Positions 51,690-64,000 of a DNA stretch of 64,000 nt are shown here, piece after piece. Each line of letters opens with the position of its first letter. The stretch's first letter is position 1. Position numbers and translations under genes: made by a program. The notes beneath the pieces are model-generated. The model did not search any database. It worked only from the letters and a program-made list of their open reading frames with translations, and was not told the origin of the DNA. This DNA comes from Amphiscolops sp. MND2022 (taxonomy: Eukaryota): positions 67,706,001 through 67,770,000 of the forward strand of contig OZ076409.1 of NCBI GenBank assembly GCA_964187785.1, written 5' to 3'.

Positions 51690-53803
51690 CTTGCTCTTTC
51701 TCTTTTTTCTTATATATTCAGGGTTGCTTTGGAACATTTGTTGACAAATATTTGAAACTATGAAAACTCAAACGTTCAAGGGATCAGTTCAAGCGTTCAG
51801 ATCCATGCTTAGTGGAAGAAAAATCCTGCATTCTAGAAAATTTGCAAAAACTAGCAATTGTAACGAAACTTTTGGACAAAAAAGCTAATTTGAGACTTTC
51901 TAAAGTTTAAGTCCCACGTGATCTAGTACATGCATTACGCTGAGAAAAAAGTCGAAAAATATGAATTAAAATCGGTCAAAAACTACAAAAAAAAACAATG
52001 CATAAATCACTAAATAGAAAACAACGCAAAAAATTATCGAATCATTATAAAAATTTTTGAAACACTTTTTAAGTCCATCAAAAAAGCATGTTGGGATCTA
52101 AAAATTTCCGTTGTTATCTCACGCCCAACTCGATCAGACATCTCCATATGCAGAAGACGTTGATATGGTCTAAAATGGAACATAACTCTACATTTCAATT
52201 GACAAAGCAAAAAGACCGAAAAAATCCGAAAGCATAAAGGCGCATCTGACATCTGATGCAAAACGAATTGTACTAATGGTATTTTGAATAGTTTGGAACT
52301 ACAGACAACATGGAAAGTGTCACGGAACTCGGAAAAAAAGAGAGATCAGAGGACACCTCGTATTATGGAATTCTTCTCTCGGGTTGAGAAAAGAATGATG
52401 CCATTTGAGGAGACGTTGGAAATGGTTGGACGAAACAATTGAAAATGAAAACAGCTCTGGAAACATTGGAAATGGATCAAGTAGGTGATTGAGCAACCTC
52501 AAGTAAGATATTATGAATATGAAATATAAACAAATACTGATAAAAAAAACCGGTAAGCTCTGAAACTACAGCTAAAATTCACGAAAAACGAACGGGACTG
52601 TAACTTATGGCTGAGGGATATTAGCTGATATGCATTCAAGCGTTTAAAGCTATTTATTTCGTAATAGCCATCATAAATGAATTTGGCAACTTCAGAAACT
52701 TGACTTTTTTCCTCGAGTTGGAAGTTCAAAAAAACTCGATGACTGTCTTCACCAAAAATCACAAAATTTTGATGATTCGCTAGTAATTCAAAAAAAATGC
52801 TTGAAAAAAGTATAGTATTTTATTCAGTATTTCAGGTTCATTCATGGATTTCGTGGCTGGAAAATAACTGGTTTTGGTATTCCTCAAAATTATGCCTCCA
52901 AAAAAACTTCATAACAAAAAGTTTTTTTTCTAAATCCGGAAAGTTATATATTTAGAGTTTTCCTAAACTTGCAAGCAACAAAAAGTCCCTCGAAAAAAAC
53001 CCAGTTTTACGAATTGTTTTGGCACACTGGCGCTCGTAGGCAATTTGTTTACCTCTCATTGTAGCGTCTGTTTTTACAAACTCGAGGCATTACCCACAAA
53101 ATTCAACAGAACTTTGCAGGTAATTTGGATTTAATTTCTTGATGTTGCTCTGAAAATCCGTCAATTTGTACACCTTAAATACCTGAACAATTAGTGACTA
53201 TGATGCCATGATGCATGTCCTCAAAGATTCTACAAATCTGAAATACTCTGAACTCTTAACCAAAGCAATTAGTAAATGTAATCTCATTGAAAGCTAATTA
53301 TTCTAGAAGAAACTTCACTTAACATATCCTGTAACAAGCTTCTTAGATTCATCCAGTTGCTGTCACATTGTTAATTGATGAAACCTACCCTAGTTAATAG
53401 AATATATCTACTTGGGGAAATTGAGAATTCATCCCGACGATCGGTCTTCTCTCCAGCACTTCAAGAACTGAGATCTCAGAAATAGATTGTACTTAGAACT
53501 AGCTAGCTACCAGGTATAAAGTAAGACGACTCTGCTGTTAAAATCTTAGACTTCTTATGTCAGTAATAAAACATCTAAAAGAAACAACCACCACACTTTT
53601 CAACAGCTCAATTGGTGCGACGAAGAAAATTCTTCTTTCTCTCCCATTCATTTCACAACTCTACAATTGTTGTACACCTTTTCTCGACTTTCTCATCCGA
53701 TATCTCTTTGTTCGACACACAGTTTCTCCACCTCTCAATATAGTCTACCGTTATTAATTCAACGTTGCAACCAATTTCCACTAGAAATTGATTCGTGTTG
53801 CTA

Positions 53804-53934
53804 TGGTTCTGACTAGGTCCCCTCACGTAATTCCTGTCAGTTACATTTCTTGGTTCTGACTGCGTTTCTCAACGTACTTCCTGTCAGTCATAATTCTTGG
53901 TTCTGACTACGTTTATTCGCGTAATTCCTGTCAA
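53804..53934 (+). repeat. Three 47-bp tandem units in the 5' leader
   Basis: TGGTTCTGACT at 53804, 53851, 53898, each followed by CGTA(A/C)TTCCTGTCA. Confidence 0.85.
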
Positions 53935-54725
53935 TAAAAAATTTTTCGTTCCAACCACCTCTGAGTGAATTCGTGTTGGCTTTCGCTCTCTCTTCCGTTC
54001 CAACCGCAGACGTGCGATACGTGTTGGCCCTTCCACAGTGCTATCCAACGATACCTGCTAGTAAAAAGTTCTTTGGTTCTAGCCGCTAGGATCAACTTTG
54101 AAGTTGGCACACCTGTATAACATATGTTTCTTATATAACACCATTGAAACATCTTTCTTTCTCTCTCTTCTATAGTACAAACATCATACAAAACTCTTTC
54201 AAAACAAGTTTACGGATCCAAATACATAACAATTAAAATATATAACAAATATATTGAACTTCATTTTTCCTACATTCATATAATACCTTTTTATACAACC
54301 TCTTTGACACACTCTTAATAGAACTTCATTGTACATGCCGTCATCAATAGACATTATAGTTAGGCTCAATGTCTGCTTTTGGTTCTTTATTGCTATTGTT
54401 GCCGGTCTTGCACTTTTTCTTGACAAATTTTTAATTTCGTTCATACCAAAATTTTAAAGTACAACCTTTTCCTTCTATGTTAAGAAGTATAGTACTACCT
54501 CTTTTTGGACTGCTTAGTATCTACCATACCTTTTACACACTGATTCAATATATACAAAACCCATTCCTTCTTTTCATAAGTAAAGCACTTACAATCTTCT
54601 TACAAGTTGTATTTATAGACCAAATCTTACCATATAATTCACAATTCAATACAAAATATCTTCTTTTCCAATACATCTATCCTTTATGGCTATCTTATTA
54701 TACTAACTAAATCTTACACCATATA

Positions 54726-57700
54726 ATGCTTCCGACTCCATTTACATTAAATACAGAAAAAAGACAAAATCGATCTCTCATACAAGATGTAACACCTTTT
54801 CTGAATAACATCATTTTTCAGTACACAAATCCACTTCCATTTGGAACAGAACCCCATACAGTCCATACTATTCCATTAACACGAGAACATTGTGATTCCT
54901 ATCTTTATTACATTCGATATAAAACACTTGAAATAACATCATCACAAACCCCTTTCCAAGTTATATTTAACCCAGTTAAAAGAATAAACTCTGGAAGATT
55001 TTATAGAACCATTCACCCACAAAATATTACACTTTCTATACAAGATGTTTTCCACACATATATGCAAAAACTCATCGAATTCAATGAAAACTAAGACATA
55101 CCACTCTATTGTCCTTCTCACCTACAGGAACTAAAACACAGATCTGAATATTTCGAGGTCCCCGATCTTGACACAAAAGTTCAAAGACATAATAACCCTC
55201 ATTATTGGCTACAACGAGATATTTTACAAATAGAAAATTTTCAATACAGATTCTTTAACAACATTATCCTTACAGATGACACTATACCTCAAGTCAAAAT
55301 TTTTACCCAATTCCTATTAAAGTTTCTTAGATTTAATTATCAAATACTTTGGGAACAAAAAGATCAACAAGCTTACATTAACTTCCCTCAAATATTAACT
55401 TATATCGAACTTTTACCTTACCATACATTATCAAAAATGAAAACACACATTTACAATACAGAGATCTTACATCATTCAGTGTTACACATTTTGAACAAAT
55501 AAACTTTGATCACAACTTCTTGCTTGAACATTGTGAAACATCAGATAACAGACCTTTTATTACATCCAATACTTCTCATGAAACAACTTCTGAAGAACAA
55601 ACCTCTAATGTTGAATCTTTATATACGAGACAACAATCAGAACAATCAGAACAAGAAGACCTTGCTAACCTGTTTCAAAATTCTGATCCTCCTCAAGAAC
55701 AACCACTATACCCACCACTATCACAAATCTCAGATATACAACAACCAAATCCTTTTGAAACAACTACAAATCACAATACATCAGAATTCTCTGAAGAAAC
55801 AGTACAAAATACCCAAAGTTTTACAATAACTCATGATTCAAATATTATGATAATTCCTACCCACAATATTACACAAAACGAATTTAACAACCAAAATCAA
55901 GACAACACTTTCACTACAAATCCAGATAATACCTCTGTTTTATCTACATCCAATACTAATATTACACAACCTTCTCAGACACAAGTACCATCTCCTCGAA
56001 ATTATAATCCATCTCATGTTCCACCTCCTGTTCCACCTCAACTCAGATAAACACCCATTATTCTCCTCAACAAAGCTCATCAACTACACACCATATTACA
56101 CAGAACAATAATACAGTACATTTTCAAACACCAACCACCAACCATCACCTGCTGAAATACAAACTTCAACTTATACTCCAGCTCAAACTAACCCAGTACC
56201 AACTAAACAACCTTCATTAAATATTAACACCATTCATTCCAACTCATCCTTTAATTATACCACTGCCAGACATCTTTCTCGACCTCCATTACAAACTATA
56301 TTAACTAATCCATTATCGTACAGTCTTACCAGTACTAATCCAAGTCATACACAACAATCTCAAATAAATTATAACACACCCAATCCATTAAATACTCTTT
56401 CTTCTCAACATACGTCTAATACAATCACACCTACATTACGAAGTTCCCTATTTCAAACACAAAATCCTCCTTCAACAACAATTAGAACCAACCCTCACTT
56501 TCATAACACTTCTACTACTTCCTTAACTAATATTTCAAATAATCCTACTTACAATACAATACCACCATCTACCGTATCTTATAATAATATGTCACAACCA
56601 ACATATATTAACTCTTCTACTTATATATCGGAACCCATTAAACCTTTTGATGGACTAGATTATAATTATACACCTGAAGAATATTTACAACATATTGAGG
56701 CACGTGTTACAATCTCCTTAGGTTTACAACCTACATCAGAACATGAATATAAATTTTGGCACGCTCGTCGCATGGCTTTCATACAATGCTCATTAACAGG
56801 TACAGCACTTTGCTGGTACATTCGTTCAAACGACACCTAAACATGATTGGCACGTTTTTGTACAAGCTTTCAAAAAACAATTTTCCTCACAAAAGAACGC
56901 TTATTATGCTCAAGTTGAAGCCCTTAATTTAATCAAAAAAGATAACGAAACAGTACGTCATTTTGCACTTAAAGTTCAACAGCTGGTTGAAAAGGCTAGT
57001 GCAAGGAGAATGCATCCACTATTAACCTTAAATGTAATGAAATCTTTACAAAAGGACTTCCCAAAAATCTTAAAGACTTTGCAAACAAAAGACAAGTAAA
57101 ACACACTTCTACTGTTTTAGAACCTTCAATCCTTTTTCATACATTAGTAAAACTTGTTGACGCTGAAGATATCGCAAATGACAAAATCAGAACACATGAT
57201 CTTGCACTTGAAATTAATAATATTACAAAACAACTGAACACTCAAACTCTTGACCCTTCATCTCAAGAGCAACTTATGTTTACACAACCCAAAGATCCAA
57301 ATAACAAAAATAAACCTGCATATAAGAAATATTGCTCATACTGTCATAGAACAAATCACTCCATTTCTGCTTGTTTCAAAAAGCAACGAGATGATGAAGA
57401 CAAGCGAGAAGCATATGCTCCATCAAAATCTCCAAAAATATCATTTGTACAATATTTCCGTTCTCCTTCCAATGATAGAACAAAACACTATGATAACCGA
57501 TACCGAAGTCAAAGTACCTCAAGAGACAACTCTTACAATAAAAACTATTCACAAAATCGATACCGTTCTACATCTAGAGATAGAGATAGATTTAGTTATG
57601 ACAAAAGTACTACTCCTCCACACTGCTTTAGATCACGATATGATACATACAAACGTGATTTCCGGTCCTACTGTTCTCCCTACAGATCTTCATACAGATC

Positions 57701-57802
57701 CCCATATCGACACAACTCTCGTCCTAGATACAGATCACGCTCCTATTCCAGAGACAACAAATTCACAAAATATACAAATTCATACAGACCACCTTCAAGA
57801 CC
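54726..57802 (+). pseudogene. gag: gag with long N-terminal extension, capsid-like region, CCHC knuckle and RS-rich tail
   Basis: IKPFDGLDYNYTPEEYLQHIE..SLTGTALCWY (capsid-like), CSYCHRTNHSISAC, SRDRDR/RSPYR repeats; several stops and frameshifts. Confidence 0.8.
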
Positions 57803-60046
57803 AAGAGACTCTAGATTTTCTAGATCTCGCTCACACTCCAATTCCAGAAACAAAATTAATATGATACAACAACAAGACCAATCTGACCCTATAAAATTTG
57901 AAGTACACATGTGTCACCCAACAGCAATGGCATTTGCTGTCACACCTACAAGTTGGTTTTATACATTATATGTACATACACCATCAAGTATAGTACAAAG
58001 AGACAACCCATCTAGATTGGAAATTGCATTCCTTCTAGATAGCGGTGCTTCTATTTCTGTATTAAACTACGCAACATACATAACTCTTACGAAACTTTTA
58101 GATATCAGACCAAATCACATTTCCGATGTTGGACCAACTCGAAAATCCAAAACATTAACTGTTGCAAACCAAACTGAAGTTCCTATTTTACACTATGCAA
58201 ATATAATTCTGAACACTACTATTGATGAGAACTCCCGTTACTTTTCAGTACCTTTTGCAGTAGCTGATATCAAATACAACATTCTTGGCACACCCTTCTT
58301 TGAAGATAATATACAAAACATAAACATACAAGGCTATACACTCGAATTCAAATACCAATCAAAAAGAGACTCTAGATTTTCTAGATCTCGCTTACACTCC
58401 AATTCCAGAAACAAAATTAATATGATACAACAACAAGACCAATCTGACCCTATAAAATTTGAAGTACACATGTATCACCCAACTGCAATGGCAATTGCTG
58501 TCACACCTACAAGTTGGTTTTATACATTATATGTACATACACCATCAAGTGTAGTACAAAGAGACAACCCATCTAGATTGGAAATTGCATTCCTTCTAGA
58601 TAGCGGTGCTTCTATTTCTGTATTAAACTACGCAACATACATAACTCTTACGAAACTTTTAGATATCAGACCAAATCACACTTCCGATGTTGGACCAACT
58701 CGAAAATCCAAAACATTAACTGTTGCAAACCAAACTGAAGTTCCTATTTTACACTATGCAAATATAATTCTGAACACTACTATTGATGAGAACTCCCGTT
58801 ACTTTTCAGTACCTTTTGCAGTAGCTGATATCAAATACAACATTCTTGGCACACCCTTCTTTGAAGATAATATACAAAACATAAACATACAAGGCTATAC
58901 ACTCGAATTCAAATACCAATCAAAAAGAGACTCTAGATTTTCTAGATCTCGCTTACACTCCAATTCCAGAAACAAAATTAATATGATACAACAACAAGAC
59001 CAATCTGACCCTATAAAATTTGAAGTACACATGTATCACCCAACAGCAATGGCAATTGCTGTCACACCTACAAGTTGGTTTTATACATTATATGTACATA
59101 CACCATCAAGTGTAGTACAAAGAGACAACCCATCTAGATTGGAAATTGCATTCCTTCTAGATAGCGGTGCTTCTATTTCTGTATTAAACTACCAAACATA
59201 CATAACTCTTACGAAACTCTTAGATATCAGACCAAATCACACTTCCGATGTTGGACCAACTCGAAATTCCAAAACATTAACCGTTGCAAACCAAACTGAA
59301 GTTCCTATTTTACACTATGCAAATATGATTCTGAACACTACTATTGATGAGAACTCCCGTTACTTTTCAGTACCTTTTGCAGTAGCTGATATCAAATACA
59401 ACATTCTTGGCACACCCTTCTTTGAAGATAATATACAAAACATAAACATACAAGGCTTTACACTCGAATTCAAATACCAATCAAAAAGAGACTCTAGATT
59501 TTCTAGATCTCGCTCACACTCCAATTCCAGAAACAAAATTAATATGATACAACAACAAGACCAATCTGACCCTATAAAAATTGAAGTACACATGTATCAC
59601 CCAACAGCAATGGCAATTGCTGTCACACCTACAAATTGGTTTTATACATTATATGTACATACACCATCAAGTGTAGTACAAAGAGACAACCCATCTAGAT
59701 TGGAAATTGCATTCCTTCTAGATAGCGGTGCTTCTATTTCTGTATTAAACTACCAAACATACATAACTCTTACGAAACTCTTAGATATCAGACCAAATCA
59801 CACTTCCGATGTTGGACCAACTCGAAATTCCAAAACATTAACCGTTGCAAACCAAACTGAAGTTCCTATTTTACACTATGCAAATATAATTCTGAACACT
59901 ACTATTGATGAGAACTCCCGTTACTTTTCAGTACTTTTTGCAGTAGCTGATATCAAATACAACATTCTTGGAACACCCTTCTTTGAAGATAATATACAAA
60001 ACATAAACATACAAGGCTTTACACTCGAATTCAAATACCAATCAAA
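57803..60046 (+). repeat. Four in-frame 561-bp (187-aa) tandem copies of the retroviral-type aspartic protease
   Basis: aagagactctagattttctagatctcg at 57803, 58364, 58925, 59486; each unit has FLLDSGASIS and NILGTPFF. Confidence 0.97.
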
Positions 60047-60571
60047 AACACACCCAAATTATGCAAAGTTCACAACACTCCTATCTAAAGATTATCCATA
60101 TTTCTCTTACATTTATAGAATTAATTCAAAGACTCAAATACGTTTAAAACCCAAGTCTTCAGAAATTGCACACTTTCCAATAAAAACTTATCATAACCTC
60201 CATTTTACAACTACACCACAAAACCACTTCTTCCCTTCAGTACCTCATACCTATTTTGCTACTAAATTTCGTACAAATTTCAAATTTATTGAAGTATTCA
60301 CTGATGACAAACCAGATATCTGTGCAACTATCATCCAAAACACCTCAAAACATGATGCAACACTACCTACAGGACATATTGGATTCATTGAAGTTCCAAT
60401 TACTAATGAAAAACCCAAATTCTTCCAAGTTAATGATATTAACACTTTAATACATAATGTTACTCATACCTACCATCCTGAAATACTGAACCAATTCCAC
60501 AAACTAACTATATCGTACAGTACGATGATCCTACAACCCCTCCTCCTCAATTCTCCTTACATCAAATTTAT

Positions 60572-62134
60572 ATGACAAACGATGACATTCCAAATCAAAC
60601 TTCTCCTTTATATAACGTTCAGCCTACTTCTCATACTCCCGAAAAACGCATTTTTCCTTCTCTACCATACACTTCTGAAAATCTGAAATTTTTATATAAA
60701 TTTCACTGCCAATTTTCTGATCTTACAGACACCGAATACATTACTCTTTGCAATATGTTACTCAAGTATAAAACATGTTATGCAACTCATAAAAACGATG
60801 TTGGAAAAATTTCAACACCCTTCCGTATTCGGCTTAAACCTAATGCTCAACTTATGACACAACGTCCTTCTAAAGTCCCTATTCACTACCGAGACAAACT
60901 GAATGTACTTCTCAAAGAACTCGAAAAATATAACATTAACAAACAAATTGGTTCCTCTCCACAAGACGAACCCGTTTATGGCACCACTTATTTGAACCCT
61001 CTCATTATAATCCCCAAGGGAGAAACTATAAAATGTGTATTAGACGCTCGACATCTCAACTCCAAAACAGAACAATCTGATGAATCTTGGCCTTTTGAAC
61101 CTCTCGCTCCACAATTAGCACGCGCAAACAAAAAGTACAAATCTGCTATTGATCTTATGTATGCCTATGCACATACACCTCTTGATGAAGACACTATTAA
61201 ACTTACCAGTTTCTCCTCAGGTGATAAACTTTCGGCTTTCATCCGAGGCTTTTATGGTCTCAAAGGACTCCCAAACTTCTTTACAAAACAAATGTCTACC
61301 TTCTTTAAAACTCTTATAGAACAAGGTTTTGCTCTTGTCTACATTGACGATATATTACTTTTATCTGACTCTAAAGAACACATGTTCCAACTCATAGAAC
61401 ATCTACACATAATAAGTACAAAAAACAATCTTAAACTAGCCCCTGAAAAATCCTTTTTCATGCTTCTTAAAGTCAAATTTCTTGGACATAAATTTGACTA
61501 CAATACAATTAAACCAATCCATTCGAAAATTGCAGGTATTCATAAAATTCCTTCTCCAACTGGCAAAGTTACCCTGATGAGTTTCATTGGTGCACTCAAT
61601 TTTTACACCAAATTTATTGAAAAACTACATATTAACCTCAAACCATTTTACGATCTTTTACATGAGAACACTCCTTGGAAATGGACAGACGAACACGAAA
61701 GTCTCTTCCAAAAACTTAAAATGTCTCTCACTTCTGAAACAGAACTTACAATACCAAATACAAAACATCCGTTTTTCATTACAGTTGACGCTTCCCTTAT
61801 TGGATTAGGCGCTGTCTTATTCCAATTAAATGAACAAAACAAAAAGAAAGTTATATCGTACAACTCTCGTATACTTAACCCACAAGAACAAAAACTCTCC
61901 ACTTTTGATAGAGAACTTCTTGGTATAGTACATGCCCTCCAAATTCATGAATTTCTTATCATTGGTTCTCCCCATCCAATACACGTTTTTACTGATCACA
62001 AACCTTTATTACATTGTTTTACAAAGAAAGGTAACCTTAGTCCTCATTTCTATAGAGCTCAAATGCACTTAACAAAATTTTCAAAACTCAAAATATTCCA
62101 CACTCCTGGAAAAACTCTGTTGCCGATATGTTGA
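60572..62134 (+). pseudogene. pol: Reverse transcriptase and RNase H of element 2
   Basis: CVLDARHLN, AIDLMYAY, FYGLKGLP, VYIDDILL, TVDASLIGLGAVL, RELLGIV, TDHKPL; frameshifted at both ends. Confidence 0.93.
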
Positions 62135-64000
62135 GTCGCTCTTTTACAAAAGCTGAATTGAAACTCAACCAATTAGAACATAAACAACTTCCACCACAAA
62201 TTGATTTTGCACTTCTACAAGATAACACTCTTAAACCTGTACATTACCTAATTAAACATGAAGAAATATTACCTCATCAAAAACATGTCTCTCACCCAAT
62301 TCTCGCTGATTATGGTACAGACCAATTCTCTATTCGTATCAATGATAAAGGAAATGAAATTGTTGTCAAACCGCTACAATCTTTCTCATTCAAATCTATA
62401 ACTCCTTTTCAAACCAAGTTCAAAACACCTATAAAAAAGAACAATAAAACCCTCCATCAACAATCTCTCTTCCTCAATGATACTGATGTTACAAGCGATG
62501 ACGAAGATCATATATATACCAGAATTCCAAAATCTGACTCTTCTTTCCTACAAGACACAACATTGCAAACAAAAAACTATTCTACTCTTAAACAATTAAC
62601 CCCAAATACTGCACAAAAATCTGTTTCTGCAATAAATGTACAACCTAATCTACCATCTCTCACACATTTTCCACAAAAAATATACCGTTCTATGATACAT
62701 CATTTTTTAAGTAAAAGAAACTATTTTCAAGGTTTTTTCCTCCCAGTTGACTATTCATTAGACATAACAACACTTCAACAACAACAATCCCAAGACCCGG
62801 TTCTCAGAACTGTTTATTCTTGGATCATCAAAAATGAAAAACCTGAGACTCTGACACCACTTATCACTGGCACTCCTTTTCTACATGCTTATTACAAACG
62901 ATTTGCACAACTTTTGATAGATGACTCCACAAATCTTATTCGCCTTTATACTAAACATCCTGCTACTCTAAACCAATCTGCTACTCCAGATTTTATACGC
63001 GCTACTATTCGAATATGTCTTCCATTTCGACTCTTCAAAACTGTTTTTAACAAACTTCATGAACACTCCCATACAGGCATCAAAATTTTATATACCACAT
63101 TCACATAATATTACTACATTCCATTTGTTGAAAATAGGCTTTACATTTTTATACATGACTGTATTGAATGTCAACGCAAAAAACACTTCAACATGAAAAT
63201 TCAAACTGCTCCTACACAATCCTTTTCAGAACATGCTCCATCCTTCAATTACCGCATTTCAATGGACACTAAAGGACCTATTAACCCTTCTTCCCACATT
63301 AAATCATATATACATGTAATGATTGACGCTTTTAGTCACTTTGTTTTTACAGTATCCATCAAATCAAACAACGCAAAGACTGCTATCAAAACTCTTCTAC
63401 ACTATTGGATTGTTAAATTTGGACCACCCATCTATCTTGTCACTGATCGTGGATCAGAATATGTTAATAAAGAAATGGCACACCTTTGTACACTTATGGG
63501 AATTCGTCATTCTCCAAGAACAACTTACTCTCCTTGGACAAATAGCCTTGTCGAAGTACAAAACAGAAATCTTGGTACACACCTACGATTGTTCTTACAT
63601 GACACACCTAAAGATTGGGCAATCCAAGTCCATATGTACGCTTATGCACATAATTCACAACCACTTTTAGAACTCAGTATTTCTCCTCATCAAATTGTTT
63701 TTCACACCAGACCCAGAATCCCCCTAACGTTCGATTTAAAACTTAACAGAGACACCTCTAAAACATGTATTTCACGCTATTACTCTCAACTTCCAGAACA
63801 CTCCCACTATGATAAATCAGATCTTAACCCATTTTTCATAAAACACTTTCAAAACCCATTCCACAATGGTTTCTCGCCGTAGAAGCTGCTATGTTAAAAA
63901 TTTATTCCACCGTATACGAAAACACTTTACGAGAAATCACTTCACACGCATACATTACGAAAACATACCACGAAGGTAAACCCCTTCCTATTGGCACCTT
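62128..64000 (+). pseudogene. pol: RH-IN linker and integrase of element 2
   Basis: QQQSQDPVL, LHEHSHTG..CIEC (HHCC), SMDTKGP, VTDRGSEY, SLVEVQNR (DDE); stop at 63106-63108 and a frameshift near 63840. Confidence 0.9.

Larger units (their letters stand above)
53330..64000 (+). mobile_element. Second Ty3/Gypsy element (decayed; 3' end beyond the window)
   Basis: gag-PR-RT-RH-IN order; candidate LTR with TATAAA at about 53515 and AATAAA at about 53564, candidate PBS TGGTGCGACG at about 53613. The 5' boundary is a guess because the second LTR is not in the window. Confidence 0.88.

Noticed and set aside
53804..53934. CRISPR-like repeat/spacer pattern
   Set aside because: Three units with 11-13 nt variable parts in a eukaryotic retroelement leader; no cas genes.

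Overview
Repeat-rich animal (invertebrate-like) nuclear DNA with spliceosomal introns. Host genes: the last two exons of an ABCB/MDR-type ABC transporter (+, 531-2046), a small signal-peptide coiled-coil ORF (-, 27312-27614) and a multi-exon TRPM channel (-, 38587-46055). Most of the rest is mobile DNA. A full-length but decayed 15.8-kb Ty3/Gypsy element (9854-25645; 1.6-kb TG..CA LTRs, CCAAC target-site duplication) has an odd architecture: Gag starts about 560 bp inside the LTR and reads through the PBS, about 6 kb between integrase and the 3' LTR carries an antisense, intron-containing gene with a hAT-transposase-like layout, and a sense ORF runs through the PPT into U3. A related solo LTR (31077-32584, TGTAC TSD) shows the same coding-LTR design. 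A second, G-poor Gypsy element (about 53330 to window end) carries four in-frame 561-bp tandem copies of its aspartic protease. Also present: an internally deleted pogo/Tigger element, seven DINE-1/Helentron-like non-autonomous elements, MITE-like repeats and a decayed ORF of unknown family. All assignments come from reading motifs by eye; no searches were run.
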